A stretch of DNA of 59,095 nucleotides from Candidatus Nanohaloarchaea archaeon (GTDB lineage: Archaea; Nanohalarchaeota; Nanosalinia; Nanosalinales; Nanosalinaceae), in assembly GCA_046497485.1 (NCBI GenBank), contig JAWOFP010000045.1, forward strand, positions 1 to 59,095, given 5' to 3'. Positions within the stretch are counted from its first letter, which is position 1. Every line of letters starts with the position of its first letter. This document shows positions 50,081 through 58,302 of this stretch, in pieces. The position numbers and the translations under genes were made by a program. The notes beneath the pieces were generated by a model. It was not told the DNA's origin. It saw nothing but the letters and a program-made list of their open reading frames with translations, and did no database searches.

Positions 50081-50556
50081 TTCTCCCCCGCGTAGTTCTC
50101 CAGCGTTCCATCATAATTTTTTGCCTCTGCAAACGGCTCTATAACCTCATTACTGGCCGAATACCATCCTAAAGTATGAGTCTCATCGCTATTCTCAAGC
50201 TCAACTTTATATCGGAAAGAGGATCCTACATCTCTTGGGCCACCTGAAGGATCATATACGAACTCGGCTTCTATAACATCCCTTCCTGTCTCTGGATCCA
50301 GCAATTCATCTAAAGATTCGTCTATACCTTTCAGCTCTTCATCATCTAGGCAAGATCTAAGGCTCTCTAACTCTTCAGCATCATAAGACTTTCTTACTGG
50401 ATTATTTGATTCAGGATCTTGTGGTTCCTCATCTTCTTCATCTAAATAAGAAGCTACACCTACTCCTGTGCCTATTGTTCCTGTCAATGCTCCTATCACT
50501 GCAGCCGCCGTGGTCTTATTGAATTCTCTTCTATTTACTTCATCTCTTATTGGCAT
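50071..50556 (-). CDS. Hypothetical exported protein with a twin-arginine-like signal (161 aa)
   Basis: The N-terminus NRREFNKTTAAAVIGALTG matches the Tat consensus (S/T-R-R-x-F-L-K plus a hydrophobic stretch). Its stop overlaps the start of the 1419-aa gene. Confidence 0.55.
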   Translation of the reverse strand: MPIRDEVNRREFNKTTAAAVIGALTGTIGTGVGVASYLDEEDEEPQDPESNNPVRKSYDAEELESLRSCLDDEELKGIDESLDELLDPETGRDVIEAEFVYDPSGGPRDVGSSFRYKVELENSDETHTLGWYSASNEVIEPFAEAKNYDGTLENYAGENCS

Positions 50557-50562
50557 TTCATC

Positions 50563-50970
50563 TCACCTCTTAGGATCTCCATTTAATAGACCTCCTAGGC
50601 CTTCTATAGGTTTAGTACTGAAAACGCTTGGTCTAGTATATTCATCCACTTCTACTCTCGGCAATCCTACTTCACTAAATGGAGCATCATATCCATGTCT
50701 TTTAAATAAGGCGTCAATTTCGTCTTCCTGATCTCTAGCTGCATCTTCCTCTCTGTATGTTACGCCTTGACCATAATGTCTTCCTATTTGGCTAAGACCA
50801 ATATGAAAGTCTTGTTCTGCATATCGTTCCAGTTGTTGAAGCGCTCTATCGTTTGCATCTTCTAATCGATCTATTACTGCCCCATATTCATCATTTTGCT
50901 CCAGCATTAATCTCGCCGCTCTATCTGATACTCCATCAAGTCTGTTGGCGAAATCTTCTAGGTCGCTCAT
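50563..50970 (-). CDS. Hypothetical acidic protein (135 aa)
   Basis: ORF with a helical-looking N-terminus, MSDLEDFANRL..., which resembles the C-terminal module of the upstream 338-aa protein. Confidence 0.5.
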   Translation of the reverse strand: MSDLEDFANRLDGVSDRAARLMLEQNDEYGAVIDRLEDANDRALQQLERYAEQDFHIGLSQIGRHYGQGVTYREEDAARDQEDEIDALFKRHGYDAPFSEVGLPRVEVDEYTRPSVFSTKPIEGLGGLLNGDPKR

Positions 50971-51062
50971 ATGTTATTACCTGTTAGTAACACTTATATA
51001 TCTTTTGTTTTAGATTCAAATCCTAATAATTGAATAGAAAGAGAAGAAAAAAGAAAAGAGAA

Positions 51063-52079
51063 TTAACGATTTAGAATGTTATCGGCCGCATCCATATCAC
51101 TTTCAGCGCGGTCTAATTCATTCTCAATGTAATTAGCGTGAGATTCAGCATTGTCTCTCTTGTTGTCTCTTCTTGCTGATTCTCTAGCTACAGTCTGATC
51201 TAAATCGTCTAGGATGTCGTGAGCCTCTTGAAGAGTATCGTCTACATCTTCAACTAGATCTCTATACCTATTAGCAAATTCCTGAATCTGATCATCGTCA
51301 ATCTTGTCTTCATAGAGCTCTCTCACCTCATCAATTAATTCAGTTGCGTCAATAAGATCGTTCTCGTACGCATCTGCTGCAGCCCTCATTCTACTTGCAT
51401 AATCTTCTAGGTCATCTGTCATATCATTGTCACCTCCTTGATTTGATTCAGGGTTTTGATTATCCGTAGGTTCGTATACCATGACTCCTGGAGGAAAACT
51501 TTCTCCATCATAAGGCCTGCGGTCAACAGGCTCATGATCACTTTCCTTAAATTCGCTAGTACTCATACCTCCTTCAGTCATGTTATCACAAGCAAGTAAT
51601 AAACCACTATCTTTATATAAATTTTCAAGTTTTTCCTCCTGACCTGTCTCAATATAGAAACCAGCAACCATCTCAACTAGAAGGTCATGTCCGTTTGCTT
51701 CCTCACCGTTAAATCTTCTTTCCGCTAGACTCAACTTTCCGCCAGGCCTATTTTCAGAATCATAGGCGATATTGGCGATCCTGCTCCTGCCGTAACGCGG
51801 ATTTCCGTGCTGCTCAGCCAGAACCCTATCAGCCTCCTCAACCAACCCCTCATCAACTAGAACCTTGTCATCTACCTCAAAAACTGCTAGATGTGCAATC
51901 CAGTTAGCCAGACCATCATTACCTTTTCTTTTAGATGGAGCAGGATGAATCTTCTCTAACTCGTCAAGGAAATCATATTCCGAGGCCTCAATTTCAGGAT
52001 CCCTCACCTGTTCCAAGGCCTCTATAATAATTTCTGCATCTTCTGAGGCATCCTCAATTACTTCATCCCGGCTCATCAT
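51063..52079 (-). CDS. Hypothetical highly acidic protein (338 aa), with no signal peptide
   Basis: ORF with a C-terminal ~120 aa helical D/E-rich module that starts MTDDLEDYASRM. Confidence 0.55.
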   Translation of the reverse strand: MMSRDEVIEDASEDAEIIIEALEQVRDPEIEASEYDFLDELEKIHPAPSKRKGNDGLANWIAHLAVFEVDDKVLVDEGLVEEADRVLAEQHGNPRYGRSRIANIAYDSENRPGGKLSLAERRFNGEEANGHDLLVEMVAGFYIETGQEEKLENLYKDSGLLLACDNMTEGGMSTSEFKESDHEPVDRRPYDGESFPPGVMVYEPTDNQNPESNQGGDNDMTDDLEDYASRMRAAADAYENDLIDATELIDEVRELYEDKIDDDQIQEFANRYRDLVEDVDDTLQEAHDILDDLDQTVARESARRDNKRDNAESHANYIENELDRAESDMDAADNILNR

Positions 52080-52087
52080 TCAGGCCT

Positions 52088-53044
52088 CTAGTCGGCTCTT
52101 CCTTCTGCATATTCAAGGAGGTCCGTAAATTCATCTCCATCATCCCTTGACAGTTCGTGAAGATCTTCAGCAAAAGACTGATCGAAACCTACAACATTAC
52201 CATCATCATCTTTATAATCTCCATCAAGTCTTAGGCCTCCATAGTCCGTATCTCCATTTCTCCTATCTAGAATGTAACCAATGTCAGTATCTACTACTCT
52301 CATTTCATCTAGAAATTCTCCATATTCTTCATCTAGGCGCGTCTCAAATCGGGTCCTTGACCTTGAACTCTGTTCGAGATAGTCTTCTTCTGTGATAGAT
52401 CCGAAGTCTAGCCCCTCATCAACTTCTCCATCGTTATTTCCAGCATCCCCGTTGTTGTTTTCAGCATCTCCATTTCCGGGTTCTAGAGCATCTTCTGGAT
52501 TGTATTCAACCCTGAACTTAGCGTGTTCCTGATGTTTTGATACATCTGAAACATCACCAGGATTATTAGATTGTGGCGATAGTCCTACTCCAAACACATA
52601 GGTTCCTGATTCTTCAGGAGTTAGAGCGCCTTCAAATTCCTCATCACCTGTTAAAGTCTGGCTAATAATTTCTTCGCCATCTAACATCATATCAAAAACT
52701 GCTTCTCCTTCTACCTCTGCTGCGATATCATAAGGTATTTCACCTTCGAATTGGTCGTTAGGAGAAGGACTGTAAACATTTAGACCTATATCATTATTTC
52801 CAAAAACTGCATCTCCTGCACGATCTAGGCCTGTTCCCACACCATTTCCTGCGGCTACAGCAGCGCCAGGAGTTCTTTTGGCGCCTTCCCAACCAGCTAT
52901 TAATGACCCTGCTGAAACAATAGCTCTTCTTCTAGACATACCTGATGCCTCTCGTTCGTCCTTATTTACAATGTCTACATCATCCCCTCTCATGATTTCA
53001 ACTGTCGAATATATGTTCTCTTTGAAATCTTGCAAAATACCCAT
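52088..53044 (-). CDS. Hypothetical exported protein with a twin-arginine-like signal after a long n-region (318 aa)
   Basis: MSRRRAIVSAGSLIAG begins at residue 36. A GGTGA Shine-Dalgarno lies 8 nt upstream of the ATG at 53044, and a TATTTAAAG box lies further upstream. Confidence 0.55.
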   Translation of the reverse strand: MGILQDFKENIYSTVEIMRGDDVDIVNKDEREASGMSRRRAIVSAGSLIAGWEGAKRTPGAAVAAGNGVGTGLDRAGDAVFGNNDIGLNVYSPSPNDQFEGEIPYDIAAEVEGEAVFDMMLDGEEIISQTLTGDEEFEGALTPEESGTYVFGVGLSPQSNNPGDVSDVSKHQEHAKFRVEYNPEDALEPGNGDAENNNGDAGNNDGEVDEGLDFGSITEEDYLEQSSRSRTRFETRLDEEYGEFLDEMRVVDTDIGYILDRRNGDTDYGGLRLDGDYKDDDGNVVGFDQSFAEDLHELSRDDGDEFTDLLEYAEGRAD

Positions 53045-53078
53045 TTTTTATTCACCTATAGATAACAAATACAGCTAA

Positions 53079-53088
53079 TCTTTAAATA
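53079..53088 (-). promoter_or_regulatory. TATA-box-like element (TATTTAAAGA on the minus strand) upstream of the minus-strand gene array that starts at 53044
   Basis: An AT-rich box lies ~35-45 nt upstream of the ATG, with a GGTGA Shine-Dalgarno between them. Confidence 0.3.
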
Positions 53089-53114
53089 CTTATCGGAATT
53101 TCACCACTGACTAC

Positions 53115-54092
53115 TCACAAAACACTGATATCAAAACAGTAACGATCCTCTGAAGGCGACTTATAACCGCACCTAACCCTATTCATTACCTCATATCCCA
53201 GGCATTTATCCGCCATAATTTCATCTATTTTTTCTTCTACAGGCCTGAAATCCCCGTCCTCTACAAATGAATATAGATGAACTATTCCATTCTCTTTCAA
53301 AGAATTTACAGCAAGATCCAGAAAATTAATAGCTGATTCCGGAAGCGGCATAATAACTCTATCAAATTCTTCATCCAAATCCGGAACTATCTTCTTAACA
53401 TCTCCACAGTAGGCCTCAATCTTATCTTCAAAATTATTCAACTCAATATTTTCCTTCAGATACTTACAGGCCTCAGGATTTTTCTCTACTGCAACTACTT
53501 TCTCAGCCTTTTCAGCGCATAATACTGCGAAAGGCCCGACACCTGCAAACATTACAAGAACTTTCTCTCCTTCTTCAATTTGATCTGCTACTCTCTTTCT
53601 CTCTGTCGCAAATCTTTCACTATAGTAGGCCTTTGTCGGATCCACCCTGAATTGGCAATTATGTTCTTTGTGAGTCGTCTCTGTCTCTTCTCCATAAAGC
53701 CCCTCATATTCTCCGACGCGGAACTCTCCGGAAAGGCCTTCTGTCTTCAAGAGAATAGTTTTGACATCGTGATGCGCCAATATACCCTCAACAGCTTTAT
53801 CTCTATTCCGTCCGGAGAGATCATTGATTATTGCGATATCTCCGATTATCTCAAAGCTCGGCAAATCATATTCTTTCTCTTCCTCAACTGTATAGGCATC
53901 TTCTACATCTAAGCCTTCATCGACAAAAATCTTATCCTTAGAAAAATCGATATCTTCTTCAGAATATTTTTCAGATGAGTAAATCCCTAATTCAAGCTCA
54001 ACTTCTGGCTTCTTGGCGACACCGTCTTCTATCTCAAATCCTTCCCTCGATAGAATCTCCGCGACTTTTTCCTCAAGTTTTTCCTGTTTCAT
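53115..54092 (-). CDS. Trm5/Taw2-type (Met-10+ like) SAM-dependent tRNA methyltransferase
   Basis: 325 aa with VLVMFAGVGPFAV, a class-I methyltransferase core, and DRVIMPLP. Confidence 0.75.
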   Translation of the reverse strand: MKQEKLEEKVAEILSREGFEIEDGVAKKPEVELELGIYSSEKYSEEDIDFSKDKIFVDEGLDVEDAYTVEEEKEYDLPSFEIIGDIAIINDLSGRNRDKAVEGILAHHDVKTILLKTEGLSGEFRVGEYEGLYGEETETTHKEHNCQFRVDPTKAYYSERFATERKRVADQIEEGEKVLVMFAGVGPFAVLCAEKAEKVVAVEKNPEACKYLKENIELNNFEDKIEAYCGDVKKIVPDLDEEFDRVIMPLPESAINFLDLAVNSLKENGIVHLYSFVEDGDFRPVEEKIDEIMADKCLGYEVMNRVRCGYKSPSEDRYCFDISVL

Positions 54093-54163
54093 ATCATGTT
54101 ATTTTTAGGCTCACAGTTTTGTATCCAAAAGATTTTTGTATGTTTACACGTAAACTTACTTGT

Positions 54164-54379
54164 ATGGCTACGAAGACTATCACTATCAAAGAAGAGGCCT
54201 ATAACAAGTTAAAGGCCTTAAAAGGAGAGAAAAGTTTTTCAGACCTGATCATAGATATGACGGAAGAGAAAGATGTAGATCTATCTAAGAGCGCCGGGCT
54301 CTGGAGCGATGTAGATGAAGAAAAAATTGAGGAGAAACGTAAGGAGTTCAGAAGCGACTTTGAGGAGAAGTTTTCATGA
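54164..54379 (+). CDS. vapB: VapB-type antitoxin (71 aa)
   Basis: MATKTITIKEEAYNKLKALKGEKSFSDLI matches the archaeal small antitoxin pattern. It overlaps the PIN-domain gene by 4 nt. The track ORF starts further upstream, at 53975. Confidence 0.65.
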   Translation: MATKTITIKEEAYNKLKALKGEKSFSDLIIDMTEEKDVDLSKSAGLWSDVDEEKIEEKRKEFRSDFEEKFS

Positions 54380-54753
54380 AGTATGCCTTAGATTCAAGCG
54401 CCATAATAGATTATCTAAAGAATGAAACAGCTATTATAGAGTTTCTAGAAACATTACAAGATTCAAATATTGTTGTGCCGCTAATTGCAAAAGCCGAGGT
54501 TAAATATGTAAACAGAGAAATAGGCAGTTTTGAAAAATTAGAAACAGTTAATTTAGACGATCAAGATCTCCAAGAAGCAATGAGTATGCTTACCTATCTA
54601 GAGGAAAAAGGCGAGAGAATCAATATGGCAGATATTTTGATAGCAGCAAATGCAATCAAAGAAAACTCGGTATTAATCACTGGAGACAAGGACTTTGAGA
54701 AACTAGAAGACTATGAAGGATTCAGGTACAAAACAGTAATCCCCAACCAATAA
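54376..54753 (+). CDS. vapC: PIN-domain ribonuclease toxin VapC
   Basis: 125 aa with an N-terminal YALDSSAIIDY segment (catalytic Asp) and a C-terminal DILIAANAI...LITGDKDF. Confidence 0.75.
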   Translation: MKYALDSSAIIDYLKNETAIIEFLETLQDSNIVVPLIAKAEVKYVNREIGSFEKLETVNLDDQDLQEAMSMLTYLEEKGERINMADILIAANAIKENSVLITGDKDFEKLEDYEGFRYKTVIPNQ

Positions 54754-54756
54754 TAT

Positions 54757-55443
54757 ATGCTCTACATTATAGGCCTCGGACTCGACAACGATGAAATAAC
54801 GCAGAAAGGATTAGAAGCTTTAGAAAAAGTTGATCAGGCCTACGCAGAGTTCTACACAAACACCGCCAACATTGACTTAGATAGCCTTCCAGGAGAAATT
54901 GAAGTTCTTGAAAGAGAGCAAGTGGAGCAGGAAGACAAAATTTTGGAAACAGCAGAAGAAAAAGACATCGCTTTCCTAGTATCCGGCGATCCATTGACTG
55001 CTACAACACATTACGATATTAAACATAGAGCAGAAGAGAAAGGCCTGGAAGTCCAAGTAGTTCACGCACCTTCTATTTTCACTTCTATAGCTGAAACCGG
55101 ATTAAATGTCTACAAGTTTGGCAGAACCGTCACACTTCCGAGAGAAGGAGAGCCAGAATCAATCAGAAAATATGTGGAGAAAAACGATTCAGTAGGCCTT
55201 CACTCACTTGTGCTTCTAGACATTGATTACGATGCTTCTGAGGCTGCTGAAAAGTTACTGAATTTGGGCCTTGATGATCGCGAAGCATTAGTAGTTGAAA
55301 GAGCCAATCACGATAACATGAATATTACGCTAACTTCTCTAAAAAAGGCCTCGGAAAGTAGTTTTGGAGCGACGCCGCACTCAATTATATTGACAGGGGA
55401 AAAATCGTTCAAGGAAGAAGAGTTCGTAGAGCATCATGGATAA
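54757..55443 (+). CDS. dph5: Diphthine synthase (Dph5)
   Basis: 228 aa with MLYIIGLGL, AFLVSGDPLTATTH, and the tetrapyrrole-methylase fold pattern. Confidence 0.85.
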   Translation: MLYIIGLGLDNDEITQKGLEALEKVDQAYAEFYTNTANIDLDSLPGEIEVLEREQVEQEDKILETAEEKDIAFLVSGDPLTATTHYDIKHRAEEKGLEVQVVHAPSIFTSIAETGLNVYKFGRTVTLPREGEPESIRKYVEKNDSVGLHSLVLLDIDYDASEAAEKLLNLGLDDREALVVERANHDNMNITLTSLKKASESSFGATPHSIILTGEKSFKEEEFVEHHG

Positions 55444-55675
55444 GACTCAGGAAAAGTTGAAGGAAGAGACTGAGAAATGGTTGGAGAAACTGGAAGATAG
55501 AGTAGAGAAAAGAGATTCTTCAGTTGAGCAAATGGAGAATGTTGAGGCCTATAGAGACGATACTTATCATTTTTTGGAGGAAGAGGACTTTATCCGGGCC
55601 TGGGAGGCGGTTATCTATGCCTGGGGAATTTTAGAGACTTTGGAGCGTTTAGGCCTATTTGAGGAGAAGGATTAA
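55436..55675 (+). CDS. Small helical protein, DUF357-like
   Basis: 79 aa. The pattern EAYRDDTYHFLEEEDFIRAWEAVIYAWGILETLERLG resembles DUF357. Confidence 0.5.
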   Translation: MDKTQEKLKEETEKWLEKLEDRVEKRDSSVEQMENVEAYRDDTYHFLEEEDFIRAWEAVIYAWGILETLERLGLFEEKD

Positions 55676-55701
55676 TTAACACCAATGAGTAAAAACTCGA
55701 T

Positions 55702-57447
55702 ATGGTGCTTGGAACGGCCCTTGCCATAATAGGTATAATAGTAGTAATAATTGGTTTACTAGCTGTTCTAGGCCTTAGTTCTATAATTCCTGGCGAAGCT
55801 GTCGCAAGCGGAATTCAAGGCGCTTTCACAGTTTTCTTCAACTGGTGGCAATTATGGGCTCCACTACTGCTTATTGCCGTAGTTGCATATATTGCGAGAG
55901 GCGGAAGAGGTGGCGGAAGCTCAGCAACAGATACAGCAGTAGGCCTTGCAGAAGGAGTAACTAGAGGCGTTCGTAGCGATGGAGGAGATCCTGAACCCGA
56001 TCCTGTTCCTGATGACCCAACTCCGTCTCCGAGCCCTTCTGATCCTTCCGATTCTACAGATGATACTGGCGGAGGAGGCGGAAGTACCGGAGGCGGATCC
56101 TCAGGGGGAGATAATGTATACATGATGCAGCAACAGCAGCAACAGATGATGGCTTTATTTGGAAATCTGATATCAGGGCTGAGCCAGCAGCAGCAACAGA
56201 TGGCGATGCAGTTTATGCAGATTATGAACCCTGAAAATGTGGATCCTTCAGGAGAAGGCGTAGAAATTGATTTAGATAATGGAAGTAAAGCAGTAGTTGA
56301 TTCTGAAATATATTCTGCTTTAGTGAACGAAGTTTCAAATGCTGTGAGCCAAGTCAGTAAAGAGGAAATGAGACAAATGCTAGTGGAATTTGGAAACGAT
56401 ATTGAGACCTCGGGAGGAAATAATAATGAAATACTTATGGAAATTTTACAGGAAATCAGATCAGTGGAATCTGGTAATACTGATGTAACAGTTGAGAATA
56501 CAGCTACAGCAGGAAGTTCATCTGATCTAGAATCTGTTATGGCGCAGCACAATGAAATGGTTCAACAAATACTTGACAATCAGTTGAATGGAGATACAGG
56601 ATCAGACCAGGAAGGAAATACAAGCGTAGCAGCAAGTCTACAGCCTTTCCCCATCACGGAAGGAATGAATTCAGAAAACATCTTCCTAGTAATCTCGGCA
56701 GAAAGCAACAACACAATCAACAAACTCACAGCAGGCCTAGATGGAAACAATACTGAGATAAATTACAACAACCATGTTATTGAAGAAAGAATCCCTCTAT
56801 CAAGATTTATAGGTTCTCAACAATTCAATAAAGGAGAAACTCACCAGTACATCGCAAATATTTCTGCACAAGGAGACAACGCAAATGTTGTTAATCAATT
56901 CCAGGTGAAACCCCGAAGTAATAAAAACAGAGAAACAGGTAATTCTACTGTGTCTATGAACAACCAACAGATTTCTGAAGTCGAACAGAATATGGATGCC
57001 TCAGTCAAGAGAGAGATTGAGGAACTACAACAAGAATACGAAAACCTGACAGGAATGATAGATGATACAAATCAGCTGGAAAGAGTAGAAAGCGCTCTAA
57101 CTAATGATGTAGAAGAAGTCGTAAATCATCTTAAGAAAGCTAGGCAATGGGAACACAAACTCCAGCAACATCAGAATGGCAGATTAGAAAATTCCAAAGT
57201 TCAAGAACAAATTGAGCATGACCTTCATGAGATACAGGCGCAGATAAGCAGAGCTGACGATGCCGTAAAGCAGTTCAAGAAAGATTCCAGAAATATGAAG
57301 AAAATAATGAAGAAACTAACAACCGAATCTGAAGAATTCAATAACCTAACTAGAGCTATAGCAGAACAAGAGGAGAAGCTGGATGAACTTGATAGTACTC
57401 TCAATGGAGTTATGAATGATCTCAGGGATGCTGGGATAAGCGTATAG
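55702..57447 (+). CDS. Membrane-anchored low-complexity/coiled-coil protein (581 aa)
   Basis: It has two N-terminal hydrophobic segments. These are followed by Gly-rich and Pro/Asp/Ser-rich linkers and a Q/M-rich stretch (MMQQQQQQMMALF..SQQQQQMAMQFMQIM). The C-terminal ~170 aa are heptad-like and rich in E/K/Q. Confidence 0.6.
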   Translation: MVLGTALAIIGIIVVIIGLLAVLGLSSIIPGEAVASGIQGAFTVFFNWWQLWAPLLLIAVVAYIARGGRGGGSSATDTAVGLAEGVTRGVRSDGGDPEPDPVPDDPTPSPSPSDPSDSTDDTGGGGGSTGGGSSGGDNVYMMQQQQQQMMALFGNLISGLSQQQQQMAMQFMQIMNPENVDPSGEGVEIDLDNGSKAVVDSEIYSALVNEVSNAVSQVSKEEMRQMLVEFGNDIETSGGNNNEILMEILQEIRSVESGNTDVTVENTATAGSSSDLESVMAQHNEMVQQILDNQLNGDTGSDQEGNTSVAASLQPFPITEGMNSENIFLVISAESNNTINKLTAGLDGNNTEINYNNHVIEERIPLSRFIGSQQFNKGETHQYIANISAQGDNANVVNQFQVKPRSNKNRETGNSTVSMNNQQISEVEQNMDASVKREIEELQQEYENLTGMIDDTNQLERVESALTNDVEEVVNHLKKARQWEHKLQQHQNGRLENSKVQEQIEHDLHEIQAQISRADDAVKQFKKDSRNMKKIMKKLTTESEEFNNLTRAIAEQEEKLDELDSTLNGVMNDLRDAGISV

Positions 57448-57544
57448 GCTTTAGAACCTTACGCTTTTTCATTTTTACTCCCTTTTTAGGCAGTCGTTCT
57501 CAGTTTTCAGTAACAATTTAAGTAATCTTCAATAATTTCATTTT

Positions 57545-57826
57545 ATGAAGAATCTTTGGACCATTGCATCCTATCCGACTGCCGCAGTTGCAGGTTATTT
57601 TATCGCGTTTTTCACTGAAGACGCTGCTGCAAGCATTTTAGGCCTTGAACAGTGGATGAATACTGTAATCGTTTTAGCGATTTCAGGCCTTTTAGTCGGT
57701 TTTCTAGTAGATGAGGTTATTCCTACTTACATCCATGAGAAGAGAGGTCGTGGAGCAGGTTCAGCTGGAGGAGATGACTTTGGCGGAGGTGGAGACCTTG
57801 ACGGCGGAGACTTCGACTTTGAGTAA
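57545..57826 (+). CDS. Small membrane protein with a Gly/Asp-rich tail (93 aa)
   Basis: Two hydrophobic segments, then GRGAGSAGGDDFGGGGDLDGGDFDFE. Confidence 0.45.
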   Translation: MKNLWTIASYPTAAVAGYFIAFFTEDAAASILGLEQWMNTVIVLAISGLLVGFLVDEVIPTYIHEKRGRGAGSAGGDDFGGGGDLDGGDFDFE

Positions 57827-58262
57827 AGGCCTCGCAGTTTTTCTATTAGTTTTATTTTCAACCAGTTTTGCAGCTGCTCAAGGAGACTACTATTACCCTG
57901 ATCAAGGTAACTCTATGAATGACTGGGGAACCGTCCCAGAGTTCGATTCCCAGGAGGAGATTGTCCAGCAGTTTGTGGCGCCTTTCCTATTCATAGTTGT
58001 ACTGCTGCAGTTCTCACTGAAGAAGGCCTTAGCATTTACATTTTCAACCGATGACAGACAGCCTTACGATATTCTATCAAACAATGATAAGCCAAATGTA
58101 AACAAGGAAGCGACCATTATGTCGGTCGCGATTGCATTGATGATGGTGGCTTCTCCTTACTGGAGCTGGGTTCAGGCAGTTGCTACAGGATTAGGATTAG
58201 CGGCGATGTTCGGGCTTGTATTGACTTTTATGTTCTTGATATACCTTTTCGTGAGGCCGTAA
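57819..58262 (+). CDS. Small signal-peptide membrane protein (~147 aa; TTG start proposed)
   Basis: The in-frame TTG at 57819 gives LSKGLAVFLLVLFSTSFAAAQG, a signal-like N-terminus, followed by three hydrophobic segments. The track ORF from 57711 would overlap the previous gene by 116 nt. Confidence 0.45.
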   Translation: MSKGLAVFLLVLFSTSFAAAQGDYYYPDQGNSMNDWGTVPEFDSQEEIVQQFVAPFLFIVVLLQFSLKKALAFTFSTDDRQPYDILSNNDKPNVNKEATIMSVAIALMMVASPYWSWVQAVATGLGLAAMFGLVLTFMFLIYLFVRP

Positions 58263-58302
58263 CCCCTTTACAATAAAAACAGAGGAGTCACAAACATAAC
58301 TT

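Noticed and set aside
55815-56552. 245-aa minus-strand ORF antisense to the 581-aa membrane protein gene
   Set aside because: The frame is kept open by the low-complexity (GGN/CAG) repeats on the sense strand. Its Cys/Pro/Ser-rich composition is not protein-like for this genome.
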